DNA of 64,000 nucleotides from an uncultured Alphaproteobacteria bacterium (GTDB lineage: Bacteria > Pseudomonadota > Alphaproteobacteria > CAAHEQ01 > UBA3637): the NCBI GenBank assembly GCA_944392795.1, contig CALXXX010000019.1, forward strand, positions 15,916-79,915, given 5' to 3'. The position numbers and the translations under genes are program-made. The first letter of the stretch is position 1. Every line of letters begins with the position of its first letter. Below, piece after piece: positions 47,730 through 58,111 of the stretch. A model generated the notes under the pieces. That model was not told where the DNA came from, made no database searches, and was given only the letters and a program-made list of their open reading frames with translations.

Positions 47730-48977
47730 TTAAATAGAACGGCTATTTTTTGTGTGAAGGGTATCAGCGACTTTCAACTCTTTGGGTGAGTTGGACATTT
47801 GTTTTGCTCCTATTGCGATTTTTTCTTTAGCTGTGGGTGTCCAAATATACTCGTTACCATTTTTCTTTCGTTCCGTGTCAATGATGTAATACATTTCCTC
47901 TAGTGTTTTAATTTTTCCATGGACAAAATCTCTTAGAGCCGGTTCTACAATTTTATGCGCATCATATTCCATTCTATCAGGGTTGCTGTAATTATTAAGT
48001 TGTGCTTTCGGCGTAAAACCGATGCTTTTAAAAGTTAAAATATCTTTTAATCCATCACCGATGAATTGTGTCGCCTCTCCGAATACGTTGTTTTTGTGGC
48101 GAAAGGCATGAGCTATTTCAGGGAGAAGATAATCTACATTTGCTTCAGCGTTAAATGTTTCGTGACCTAAGAAATGTTCAGGAATGAGATAAACCGTATC
48201 TTTGCCATATAAAGAAGGTTTAAAATGAGCAGTTTTCCCATGGCGATTGTATTCAATTATACGTCCCATGAGGGTCATATTTTCTTCTGTTTGATTGCGA
48301 ATTTCTGGATATCCACATACGCGCCAAAGTTGGTATAGTCGATCTTTCATTTCTAATTCTTCTGAGGGTTTTGAAGTATATAATTGTGCATATTCGTTTA
48401 GATATTTTTTGCTTTCTTCGTCTTGAGGCGCCAGAACTTCTTCATATGTATTTCCAAAAACGTTCATTTGTTCTTGAAGAGGATAATAAGAGCAGGCTTT
48501 TTTCTCTTCGTCCATAAATGTATATGTCGCTTTTCCTGCTTTTCGAGCAGCTTTTAGTTGTTGATTTTCTGCATAAGCTGTTTCTGTTTGATAAGTAACG
48601 CCATCAAAAACAAATGAAGATTTTTTTTCTTTATATGCACGATAAAGTTCAAAATCAAAGCTAGCGCCGTAAGAATAATCAATGTAATATTTGTGTCCCT
48701 CTTTTGTTGTATAAGTTGCGTTTTTTTGATCTCTTGCTTGGCATTCTAACTGAAAATGTTCTTGCATTTCTTCAGGAGATAAAAATGTTGTGGAACCTGT
48801 TTCTTCATTTATATCAGAATTAACTTGAGGTGTTTGTTCTTTGTTCTCCGTCATGGTAATCTTTTCATGGGACACCGGTTCTTCTATATTAGGTTCACCT
48901 CCCAATAAGGCACTGCCAGCAGTCATACCGGCTAAAGAAGCACTTAATAATTTTTCTTTCAGACCCATAACAATCAC
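47730..48977 (-). CDS. hypothetical secreted protein
   Basis: N-terminal signal-like region. 415 aa. No family recognised. Confidence 0.5.
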   Translation of the reverse strand: MIVMGLKEKLLSASLAGMTAGSALLGGEPNIEEPVSHEKITMTENKEQTPQVNSDINEETGSTTFLSPEEMQEHFQLECQARDQKNATYTTKEGHKYYIDYSYGASFDFELYRAYKEKKSSFVFDGVTYQTETAYAENQQLKAARKAGKATYTFMDEEKKACSYYPLQEQMNVFGNTYEEVLAPQDEESKKYLNEYAQLYTSKPSEELEMKDRLYQLWRVCGYPEIRNQTEENMTLMGRIIEYNRHGKTAHFKPSLYGKDTVYLIPEHFLGHETFNAEANVDYLLPEIAHAFRHKNNVFGEATQFIGDGLKDILTFKSIGFTPKAQLNNYSNPDRMEYDAHKIVEPALRDFVHGKIKTLEEMYYIIDTERKKNGNEYIWTPTAKEKIAIGAKQMSNSPKELKVADTLHTKNSRSI

Positions 48978-49084
48978 CTTCTTTTATTATATCAAAAGAT
49001 GTTATTTCTGTCAAAAAGAGGTCTGAAAGTTTTTAAAAACAGGTCTTGCTTTTTTAAATAAAATCGTGTATAAAATGGCGGTGC

Positions 49085-49160
<76 letters not shown>

Positions 49161-49341
49161 TTTTAAAAATAAGGTCTTTTAAACATCAAAAATGTAAGTA
49201 TGTTGAAAGACCTTTTTTCTATGAACTAATCCGAAACTGACGCAAAATTTTGTCTATACTCTTGAAACATTTTCTTGTGTTTGAAATTGCTTTTTTACAT
49301 TTTTGTAATATAATACTTCTTAATTAACATTAAAGGAAAAA

Positions 49342-50250
49342 ATGAGAGAATTAAGATTATTGTTAACAAGCAGCTGTAATTATAATTGTTTCTTTTGTCA
49401 TCATGAGGGATTACAAGAAAGGAAACAACGTCCTATTTTCGACGCTGAAGATTATACATATCTTTATAAAGCATTTAGAGATTTGTATTTATCTGATGAA
49501 ATTACTGCTACCGGTGGTGAGCCTCTTATTCGAAGTGATATTTTTGATATTTTAAAATCTTTAAAAGCAGCTCAGTCAAAAACAACATTGGTGACAAATG
49601 GATCTTTGTTAGGAAACTTTTATCAAGTTGGGAAATATGTAGACAGGATAAATATTTCTTTACATTCATTAAATTCTGATATTTACTCATCCATCGTTGC
49701 TTCTAATCCGGACGCTTTATCGAAAGTAATAAAAGGAATTCATAAAGTAGCTTCAAAATTTCCAAACGCTCAAATTCGCTTTAACACGACTGTTCTTAAA
49801 GGCGTAAATGATGACTCTGATAGCATTGGTTCTATTGTAGATTTTGCACAAGATGTTCATGCATCTGTAAAATTTATAGAACTCTATCCATCCTCAACAA
49901 CGGGTTTTGTTCCGTTGTCTGATGTTGAAGATAGATTAAAAGAGCTTCGTTTTAAAAAAAATCAAGAAAACGCACGTCAAACCATTTATTCAAGAGATAA
50001 TGCGATAACTGTTGCCGTCACAAGAATTTTCTGTGCTCACGCCATAAGAACTCAAGATCCAAGTGGATATTGTCGTGCGAATCAAGATTTATTTATTACT
50101 CCAGATGGTGGAATAAAAACTTGTATGAATACATCAGAAGAAGTTCCTATTTCTGAAGCAGTAAAAAGACGTGATTTAAAGAGAATTTCTTATCAATTTA
50201 TGTCAGCAATCAACCAAATGGGTAGGCATTGTTATCAAAGAAAGGATTAA
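49342..50250 (+). CDS. MoaA/viperin-like radical SAM protein (CxxxCxxC; GGEPL; NGSLL; GVNDD)
   Basis: CNYNCFFCHH cluster motif. SAM-binding TATGGEPLIR. VTNGSLL. VLKGVNDDS..I..FA......V.FIELYP and the C-terminal ..DLFITPDGGIKTC resemble MoaA (..RVSATGKLHLC..). The MoaA auxiliary CxxCx13C cluster is not intact. Markedly AT-rich. Confidence 0.75.
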   Translation: MRELRLLLTSSCNYNCFFCHHEGLQERKQRPIFDAEDYTYLYKAFRDLYLSDEITATGGEPLIRSDIFDILKSLKAAQSKTTLVTNGSLLGNFYQVGKYVDRINISLHSLNSDIYSSIVASNPDALSKVIKGIHKVASKFPNAQIRFNTTVLKGVNDDSDSIGSIVDFAQDVHASVKFIELYPSSTTGFVPLSDVEDRLKELRFKKNQENARQTIYSRDNAITVAVTRIFCAHAIRTQDPSGYCRANQDLFITPDGGIKTCMNTSEEVPISEAVKRRDLKRISYQFMSAINQMGRHCYQRKD

Positions 50251-50252
50251 AA

Positions 50253-50819
50253 ATGGCCAATCGTAATTTACTTTTAAGGGCTTTAAAAACATATAAAACA
50301 AATTATGAATCAGAGCAGGGTTTTATTCAAGAGATGATAGATTTCATAGAAAAAAATCCGAATTGCTTTGAACGTTCTAATTTATCAGGACATGTTAATG
50401 GGTCTGCTTGGGTTTTAAGCCCTGATGAAAAGAAAGTTTTATTAACACATCATAAAAAGCTTAATCGCTGGTTGCAGTTGGGTGGTCATTCGGATGGAGA
50501 AGACAATACTTGGAATGTAGCTCTTCGAGAAGCAACTGAAGAATCTGGAATTTCCAACATCCAATTTGTAATGAAAGAGATTTTTGATATTGATATTCAT
50601 ACTATTCCAGAAAATCCGAAAAAAAATGAGCCAGAACATAAACATTATGATGTACGTTTCCTATTAAAGGCTCCTACAGAGGAATTTGTGATGAGTGAGG
50701 AATCAAATTCTTTAAAGTGGGTCAGTGCATCAGAACTATCATCGATGGCTTCCAAAGGAGAAATATCTTTAGCTATGGTTCGTATGATGGATAAATGGTT
50801 AAATAGAAAAGAAAAATAA
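50253..50819 (+). CDS. NUDIX hydrolase
   Basis: Complete Nudix box GGHSDGEDNTWNVALREATEESGI (Gx5Ex7REUxEExGU). The ATG follows the radical-SAM stop by 2 nt, giving operon structure. Confidence 0.8.
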   Translation: MANRNLLLRALKTYKTNYESEQGFIQEMIDFIEKNPNCFERSNLSGHVNGSAWVLSPDEKKVLLTHHKKLNRWLQLGGHSDGEDNTWNVALREATEESGISNIQFVMKEIFDIDIHTIPENPKKNEPEHKHYDVRFLLKAPTEEFVMSEESNSLKWVSASELSSMASKGEISLAMVRMMDKWLNRKEK

Positions 50820-50867
50820 CATTTACTCTGCTCCATACTTTAAAATCAATTCTGCTAAATAGCTAAG

Positions 50868-50950
50868 CAAAAAAACTATGTTTTACATGAAATTGTGTAT
50901 AACAAAGCGATTGTAGATTCTTTTTTAAAAAAAACGGCGCTTATGATATT
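50868..50950 (+). other. about 80-nt degenerate duplicate of an internal ispH segment (matches ispH nt 51474-51560 at roughly 85%)
   Basis: Direct comparison: CTATGTTTTACATGAAATTGTGTATAACAAAGCGATTGTAGATTCTTTT... versus ispH CTATGTTTTACATGAAATTGTGCATAACAAAGTGATTATAGATTTTTTC... Confidence 0.6.
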
Positions 50951-51326
50951 GTTGGCTTTGATTTCTTGATGGGAAAAGGTTTTTATGAAATAGCTTAGAG
51001 CGCATTAACAGATTCTCTATTAACAAAATAGAGTTATGTTTTTCGATAGAGAAGATGAGATGCAACGTATTTAAGAATTATTAAAAAGATACATATACAC
51101 TGATACTTAGAAAATCTTACAGCTATTAGATTGGATTATTCAAAGAGATCATGTATGCACAATAGAAAATGGTTATGAGTTCATAAAAATATTATAGTCA
51201 TTATGATGGATTAGATGATTGTTATAAAGAGTTTGTTAAATTGAGTTTATTTTGTGCTTGACATTTGCTTGAAAACGGCGTAGTTCAAAGGAAAAGCCGT
51301 TTTATTGTGAATGCAAAGTCTATCGG

Positions 51327-51375
51327 TTCTTAATCAGCAGGTTCAGAGTTCATGTCTCTGAATACCCACCATTTT
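51327..51375 (+). repeat. direct repeat of the 3' half of tRNA-Lys (anticodon loop to CCA plus ATTTT), attR-like
   Basis: TCTTAATCAGCAGGTTCAGAGTTCATGTCTCTGAATACCCACCATTTT versus tRNA CTCTTAATCAGCGGGCCCAGAGTTCGAGTCTCTGATCACCCACCATTTT. Located 2.2 kb downstream of the intact tRNA-Lys and immediately upstream of ispH. Confidence 0.75.
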
Positions 51376-51388
51376 CCAAAAGGTATGT

Positions 51389-52210
51389 GTGATGAAAACA
51401 ATTTTAATTGAACCTCGAGGTTTTTGCTTTGGCGTTCGACGGGCGCTTGCCTTATTGGAAAAAGCATTACCTCAAAAGCCCTATGTTTTACATGAAATTG
51501 TGCATAACAAAGTGATTATAGATTTTTTCAAAGAAAAAGGCGCTTGTTTTGTTGAGGATTTATCAGAGGTTCCTGATGGTTCTACAGTTGTTTTTTCCGC
51601 ACATGGTGTTGGAAAAGAGATAGAAAGTTTGGCGGCTCAAAAAAAATTAAGAGTCATTGATACAACGTGTCCGTTTGTGAAAAAAGTTCATGCACATGTC
51701 GAGCAGTTGGAAAAAGAAGATTATCATATTCTTTTAATTGGTAAAAAAGGTCATGCGGAAGTTATAGGGACTTTAGGGCGTTTATCTTCCGAAACATCCG
51801 TATTTGTGATTGAAAAAAAAGAGGATATTCCTCAGAAGCTTGATAAAGTCGGCGTTGCAATGCAAACAACGCTTTCTCAAGATGAAACAGATGTTTTATT
51901 AAAGCGCATTCAACAACTTTATCCAAATGCTATTCTAGAAAATGGAATTTGTTTTGCAACAACGGAACGGCAAACGGCAGTTAAGAATTGTTCTTGTCCT
52001 ACAGTATTAGTTGTCGGCGATACACATTCTTCCAATGCCAAACGATTAGTAGAAGTCGCAAAAGCAAGTGGTAAAAAAGCCTATTTAATTGAAACTCCGG
52101 CAGATTTACGTGGATTGAATTTACAAGAGCCTATTGGAATAACAGCAGCCGCTTCAGCACCTGAGAGCATGGTTCAAGCTGTTTATCAGATTCTTTCCGA
52201 TATGTCATAA
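51389..52210 (+). CDS. ispH: 4-hydroxy-3-methylbut-2-enyl diphosphate reductase
   Basis: IspH motifs (..PRGFCFGV.RA; HEIVHN; SAHGV; TCPFV.KVH; three conserved Cys). Confidence 0.88.
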   Translation: MMKTILIEPRGFCFGVRRALALLEKALPQKPYVLHEIVHNKVIIDFFKEKGACFVEDLSEVPDGSTVVFSAHGVGKEIESLAAQKKLRVIDTTCPFVKKVHAHVEQLEKEDYHILLIGKKGHAEVIGTLGRLSSETSVFVIEKKEDIPQKLDKVGVAMQTTLSQDETDVLLKRIQQLYPNAILENGICFATTERQTAVKNCSCPTVLVVGDTHSSNAKRLVEVAKASGKKAYLIETPADLRGLNLQEPIGITAAASAPESMVQAVYQILSDMS

Positions 52211-52350
52211 TTTTTACTTGTTTATTTTTAATTTTTTGAGAGCTCTTGTGTATTTTTTTTCTTTTTCTGCGATTCTGAAAAGAAAGCTAGCAACATCGTG
52301 GAATATGTGGTAAATAAAAAAGAGAATGAATAGCAGAGGATGAAAACACA

Positions 52351-55300
52351 ATGGGAAATATTTTAAAAGAAAAGAAGGTAATGCCTTTATTGACAGCACA
52401 TGCACTAGGGGCTTTTAATGATAATTTAATCAAGCATATTTTTGTTTTTTTGACAGCTATTCATTTGACAGCAGGTAGTATATATTGGCAAAGTATTGCT
52501 TTTGTGCTTTATGGTATGGCATTTTTAGCAACAGCTTTGTTTGCTGGACCTTGCTCGGATAAGATAGAGCGAGATCGTTTAATTCAATGGATTAAACTGG
52601 CGGAAATTGGCGTGATGGCTTTAACGATGACTTCAGTTGCTTATGAAAGTCGTTTGTTGATGTTAGCCGCATTGACTTTATTGGGAGGATGTACATCGTT
52701 TACTCGAATTGTGAAATATGCCATGATACCTAATTTGGTAAAAGATAAAAATCTTTTAGCGGTAGATGCTTTTTTTAAGGGCATAACTTTTTTCGCAGCA
52801 ATTATTGCGAGTTTATTATTTTTAGTATTGGTCCCTTGGCGAGATGTTCTTCCTATTTTAGGTGGCTTTTTGATCGTTTCTTCTATTTTAAGTTATTTAG
52901 CTGTTTTGCGGTTGCCGCATTTAAAATCAGCAGATGCAGGACTTATGATTTCTGGTAATCCTTGGAATTATTTATCCTCCTTTAGTAGCTTTGTTGAAAA
53001 AGTTCCTCAGTTTAAGTTTTATCTGATTGCAATGGCATGGTATTGGCTTTTGGGGAGTATTGTTTTATTTTTTGCTGTTGATTTTTTAACAGATATTCTT
53101 GGTGTCCAAAAATCAGTTTTGATTTTGTTGACGGTTTTATTCTCTGCTGGTTATATAGTTGGTTCTTTTTTATGCACTTATCTTATCAATAGACGTCATT
53201 GGCAAAGCCTAGCTCCGCTTTCTGCTTTAGGTATTTCCTTATTTTTGATGGATACTTTATGGGCGGCCGTATCATTGGAGCCTCATACGGTTCAGTTGAC
53301 ATTAGGGCAATTTTTAGACTTAGGCTTAGGTGTTAGCCGATTGATGTTTGATATTTTTGCAATGGCATTATGTGGTGCCTGTTTTATTATTCCGTTTTAT
53401 CCTTTGATACAGCGAGCAACGCCTGATAAATTCCGTGGTCGTATGTTCGGCTTTTCTAGCGTATTGGGAAGTATGGCTGTTTTAGGGGGCGTTTTGATTG
53501 TTGCGTCACTGACATTATTACATGTGTCTATTTTAGTGACTTTTTCAGCTTTGGCTGTTTTGAATGCGTTTTTTGCTATTTATGTTGCTCAGATTTTGCC
53601 GTTTGAAACACGGCAACGGTTATGTCGTCGTCTTTTGAAATTTTTCTTTAAAGTAAAAGTAGAGGGATTAGAGAATTTGAAAAAAGCCGGACCTCGTGTT
53701 TTAATGATTCCTAATCATACTTCTTACTTGGATGCCTTATTGATTTCGGCATTTGTAGATCAAAAAATTACTTTTTCTTTAACCAATGAACTGTCAGACA
53801 AATGGTGGGTTCGGTTGCTATGTAATTTAATGGATGTGAAAGCGCTAGATCCTCAAAGTCCATTGGCTGTTAAAACGATGGTCGGAGAAATTAAAGCCGG
53901 TAAATTATGTATGATTTTTACTGAAAGTCGTATAGCAAATGGCAATACGCAAATGAAAATTTATGAAGGGCCGGCGTTAATGGCCGAAAAAGCATCAGCT
54001 TGTATTTTGCCCATACAAATTTTAGGCGCTGAACATGCTTTTTTGACACGGATGAAAGGTCGTTCAGAACGTCGTTTTTTACCACAAATTACTTTGAAGT
54101 TTCTGCCGGCAGTTGATTTTACGCCTAAAGCTGGTCTTTCTTTCCGAGAAGCACGACGTATTTCTAGCAATAAGTTGTATGATATGCTTTCGTTGATGGC
54201 ATTTGAGTCTTATAATTTAGACAGAACTTTGTTGGAAGCCATGATACACACCATGCATGCGGTTGGTCGTCGTAAACCGATGTTGGAGGATACTGAACGA
54301 AAACCCTTGACTTACCAACAAGTCTTTATGAGAGCTTTTGCATTAGGAGGCTTGATCAATAAAGCTCTTCCAAATGAAAAAATGTTAGGCGTTATGCTAC
54401 CGACTTCAAATGCTGCGGCTTTAACGGTTCTGGGATTACATGCGTATGGGAAAATACCTGCCATGATTAATTTTACTTCTGGACCAAAGCAGGTCATATC
54501 AACTTGTCGAACAGCACAAGTTAAAACAATTTTAACAGCTCGTAAAGTTGTAGCGCTTGGAAAACTGGATACTTTGATTGATTGTTTAATAAAGGAAAAT
54601 ATTCAAATTGTCTATTTAGAAGATTTGAAAAAGTATTTAACGCTTAAAGATAAGTTATTTGCTTTATATGCTATGTTCTTCCCGATGAAAGCCTATCATC
54701 GGACATCTGGAGATGTTAAGCCTTCAGATCCTGCTGTTGTTTTATTTACCTCAGGTTCAGAGGGGCTTCCTAAGGCCGTTTTATTAAGCCATCGCAACTT
54801 TTTGGGTAATATCTGTCAAGTTCCTTGTATGATTGATATTTTTCCTCATGATGTTATGTTGAACTGTTTGCCAATGTTCCATTCTTTTGGGTTGATGGCT
54901 GGAACTTTTTTACCGCTTGTTATTGGTTTTAAGACGGTTTTGTACCCAACTCCATTACATTATCGTATTATTCCAGAATTATGTAGTTCAACACGGGCGA
55001 CTATTTTATTCGGGACAGATACTTTCTTGGCTGGATATGCTAAATGTGCAAACCCGTATGATTTTAACAGCTTGCGTGTTGTTGTGGCAGGCGCTGAAAA
55101 GCTAAAAGATGAGACACGTCGGCTTTGGTCTGAAAAATTCGGGCTCCGTATTTTGGAAGGTTATGGTGCAACGGAATGTTCTCCTGTTATCGCGGTTAAT
55201 ACTTTTATGCATAACAGATTAGGTTCTGTTGGACAACTTATGACCGGTATGAGCTATCGGTTGAAAAATGTTCCCGGGATTAAAGAGGGAAAAGAATTAG

Positions 55301-55758
55301 TCGTCAAGGGACCTAATATTATGTTGGGATATATGCGTCCTGAGAAACCCGGTGTTTTACAACCGCCAAAAGATGGTTGGTATGAAACAGGTGATATTGT
55401 AGATATTGATACGGATGGTTTTGTCTTTATTAAAGGTCGTTCCAAGCGGTTTGCTAAGATTGGCGGTGAGATGGTCTCTTTATTAGCTGTTGAGCAAGTC
55501 ATAGAAAAGAAATGGCCTGGTTTTATCAGCGGTGCTGTTTCAGTTCCTGATCCTAAGAAAGGTGAGCAAATTATTTTGATTACAACATGCGGTGACATTA
55601 ATCAAGAAGGGTTAATTCTCGCTTTTAAAGAAGCAGGAATTAGCGAATTGGCTATTCCCAAAAAGATTATTCTAACAGATACGCCTCCTTTGTTAGGGAC
55701 AGGGAAATTTGACTACGTGAGTGCTCAAGATATGGCGCAAAAGGCAGTTGTTGGATAG
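52351..55758 (+). CDS. aas: fused lysophospholipid transporter (LplT-like MFS) / 2-acylglycerophosphoethanolamine acyltransferase / acyl-[ACP] synthetase (Aas)
   Basis: N-terminal region of about 400 aa with 12 TM (MFS-like). PlsC-type acyltransferase block (PNHTSYLDAL; FTESR). C-terminal AMP-binding domain (FTSGSEGLPKAV; GYGATE; ETGD). A single ORF of 1135 aa. Confidence 0.85.
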   Translation: MGNILKEKKVMPLLTAHALGAFNDNLIKHIFVFLTAIHLTAGSIYWQSIAFVLYGMAFLATALFAGPCSDKIERDRLIQWIKLAEIGVMALTMTSVAYESRLLMLAALTLLGGCTSFTRIVKYAMIPNLVKDKNLLAVDAFFKGITFFAAIIASLLFLVLVPWRDVLPILGGFLIVSSILSYLAVLRLPHLKSADAGLMISGNPWNYLSSFSSFVEKVPQFKFYLIAMAWYWLLGSIVLFFAVDFLTDILGVQKSVLILLTVLFSAGYIVGSFLCTYLINRRHWQSLAPLSALGISLFLMDTLWAAVSLEPHTVQLTLGQFLDLGLGVSRLMFDIFAMALCGACFIIPFYPLIQRATPDKFRGRMFGFSSVLGSMAVLGGVLIVASLTLLHVSILVTFSALAVLNAFFAIYVAQILPFETRQRLCRRLLKFFFKVKVEGLENLKKAGPRVLMIPNHTSYLDALLISAFVDQKITFSLTNELSDKWWVRLLCNLMDVKALDPQSPLAVKTMVGEIKAGKLCMIFTESRIANGNTQMKIYEGPALMAEKASACILPIQILGAEHAFLTRMKGRSERRFLPQITLKFLPAVDFTPKAGLSFREARRISSNKLYDMLSLMAFESYNLDRTLLEAMIHTMHAVGRRKPMLEDTERKPLTYQQVFMRAFALGGLINKALPNEKMLGVMLPTSNAAALTVLGLHAYGKIPAMINFTSGPKQVISTCRTAQVKTILTARKVVALGKLDTLIDCLIKENIQIVYLEDLKKYLTLKDKLFALYAMFFPMKAYHRTSGDVKPSDPAVVLFTSGSEGLPKAVLLSHRNFLGNICQVPCMIDIFPHDVMLNCLPMFHSFGLMAGTFLPLVIGFKTVLYPTPLHYRIIPELCSSTRATILFGTDTFLAGYAKCANPYDFNSLRVVVAGAEKLKDETRRLWSEKFGLRILEGYGATECSPVIAVNTFMHNRLGSVGQLMTGMSYRLKNVPGIKEGKELVVKGPNIMLGYMRPEKPGVLQPPKDGWYETGDIVDIDTDGFVFIKGRSKRFAKIGGEMVSLLAVEQVIEKKWPGFISGAVSVPDPKKGEQIILITTCGDINQEGLILAFKEAGISELAIPKKIILTDTPPLLGTGKFDYVSAQDMAQKAVVG

Positions 55759-55773
55759 TTTTTATTCACATAA

Positions 55774-55806
55774 GAAAAGCCCCTCGGAAGAGGGGCTTTT
55801 CTTTAT
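55774..55806. terminator. bidirectional terminator between aas and eno
   Basis: AAAAGCCCCTC-ggaag-AGGGGCTTTT. Confidence 0.7.
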
Positions 55807-55815
55807 TAATTTTTC

Positions 55816-57132
<1,317 letters not shown>

Positions 57133-57409
57133 TTAAAAACATATCTTTCCTTGTATCTCGAAATTAACAAAGTTTCAAGTTTTTTTTATAAAAAAGCTCT
57201 TAAAGAGACTTGTACTTCTGTTCAAGATACAGCAAGATAATACTAATTTGAAGATTATTGAAAAAGTTTCTCCCAAAATGACTATATAGAGGATAAAAAA
57301 GCAGCTGTTTTTTTATTTAAAAAAATATTTACAAATCGACTATTATTTTGTTATTCTAACTTAAAGAATATACAAAAGGAGTTTAATATGTCTATTTTAG
57401 CTAAAGTTA

Positions 57410-57421
57410 CCCCCCCCCCCC
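57410..57421 (+). repeat. homopolymeric poly-C tract (12 C), candidate slipped-strand phase-variation switch
   Basis: Twelve consecutive C in an AT-rich genome. The tract sits 22 nt downstream of an ATG (57388) that has a good RBS (AAAAGGAGTTTAAT), and separates that start by +1 from the downstream CC-dyad ORF. Confidence 0.9.
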
Positions 57422-57502
57422 ATATTAATTAATTGTTTTAATTATATAATCCTCTTTTCTATTCTTGCTTTACCTGCTTCTGCTAAAGTTGTTCAAAGAA
57501 AA

Positions 57503-58036
57503 ATGTATATGGTTTGTGAAGAGCATGAAAAAGCCTATTGGAATGGTTCAAAGGGTGTGTGTTGCAATGGTAATGTTTATCAAAAAGCTGAAAATGAGTA
57601 TGCTTGTTGTCCTGTCGGGCAATTTGTCAAAAATATCAGCGGTTCTTCTTACCAAATTTGCTGCGCGGAAGATTATCTGAGTGGATATATTCTTGATGAT
57701 GTCGTTATGTGTTGTTCGAATAATCCGAATGCTGCAGGTCAGGAAAAGCAATGCTGTACGAACGGTGGAGAATGGATTTTAACACAACAAACTGGTTCCT
57801 GTAACTGTAACAATGGAAATGCACCTGCCGAAATTAATATACAAGAAACAATTTATTCTTGTGGCGGACAACAATATTGTGATGTCAATAGCCCTGGTTC
57901 ACAATGGCTGTTATCTGCTGAACTCTGTACATACGGTCCATTATATTTTAAAAGATATGATTGTATACAAGAAGAACAATTAACGAGCTGTGATAATTTT
58001 TCCAGCTATGACTGTTGTGGATATTTTTATCAATAA
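57503..58036 (+). CDS. secreted CC-dyad cysteine-rich protein, paralog of the C-terminal domain of the 39994..41166 pilin-like gene (probably translated from ATG 57388 only when the poly-C tract is 11 or 14 nt)
   Basis: The ORF contains VCCNG..ACCPVGQ..ICCAEDY..MCCSNNP..QCCTNGG..CNC. repeats. The in-frame upstream extension back to the poly-C encodes a signal-peptide-like ILINCFNYIILFSILALPASA. Confidence 0.55.
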   Translation: MYMVCEEHEKAYWNGSKGVCCNGNVYQKAENEYACCPVGQFVKNISGSSYQICCAEDYLSGYILDDVVMCCSNNPNAAGQEKQCCTNGGEWILTQQTGSCNCNNGNAPAEINIQETIYSCGGQQYCDVNSPGSQWLLSAELCTYGPLYFKRYDCIQEEQLTSCDNFSSYDCCGYFYQ

Positions 58037-58111
58037 AAAACTTTCAAAAAAATATTTTGACGGATTTAATTTTTTTTGTGTTGTATGAATTATGCGACTG
58101 AAATGATAATT

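Noticed and set aside
49161-51326. Search for an integrase or transposase in the tRNA-Lys islet
   Set aside because: Only the radical-SAM and NUDIX genes plus non-coding AT-rich DNA are present, with no tyrosine-recombinase or DDE motifs in any frame. The islet is therefore called a decayed remnant rather than an intact mobile element.
57465-57680. 71-aa ORF MLYLLLLKLFKEKCIWF...
   Set aside because: An alternative frame overlapping the CC-dyad gene region. Hydrophobic low-complexity with no RBS. The CC-dyad frame is supported by paralogy with 39994..41166.
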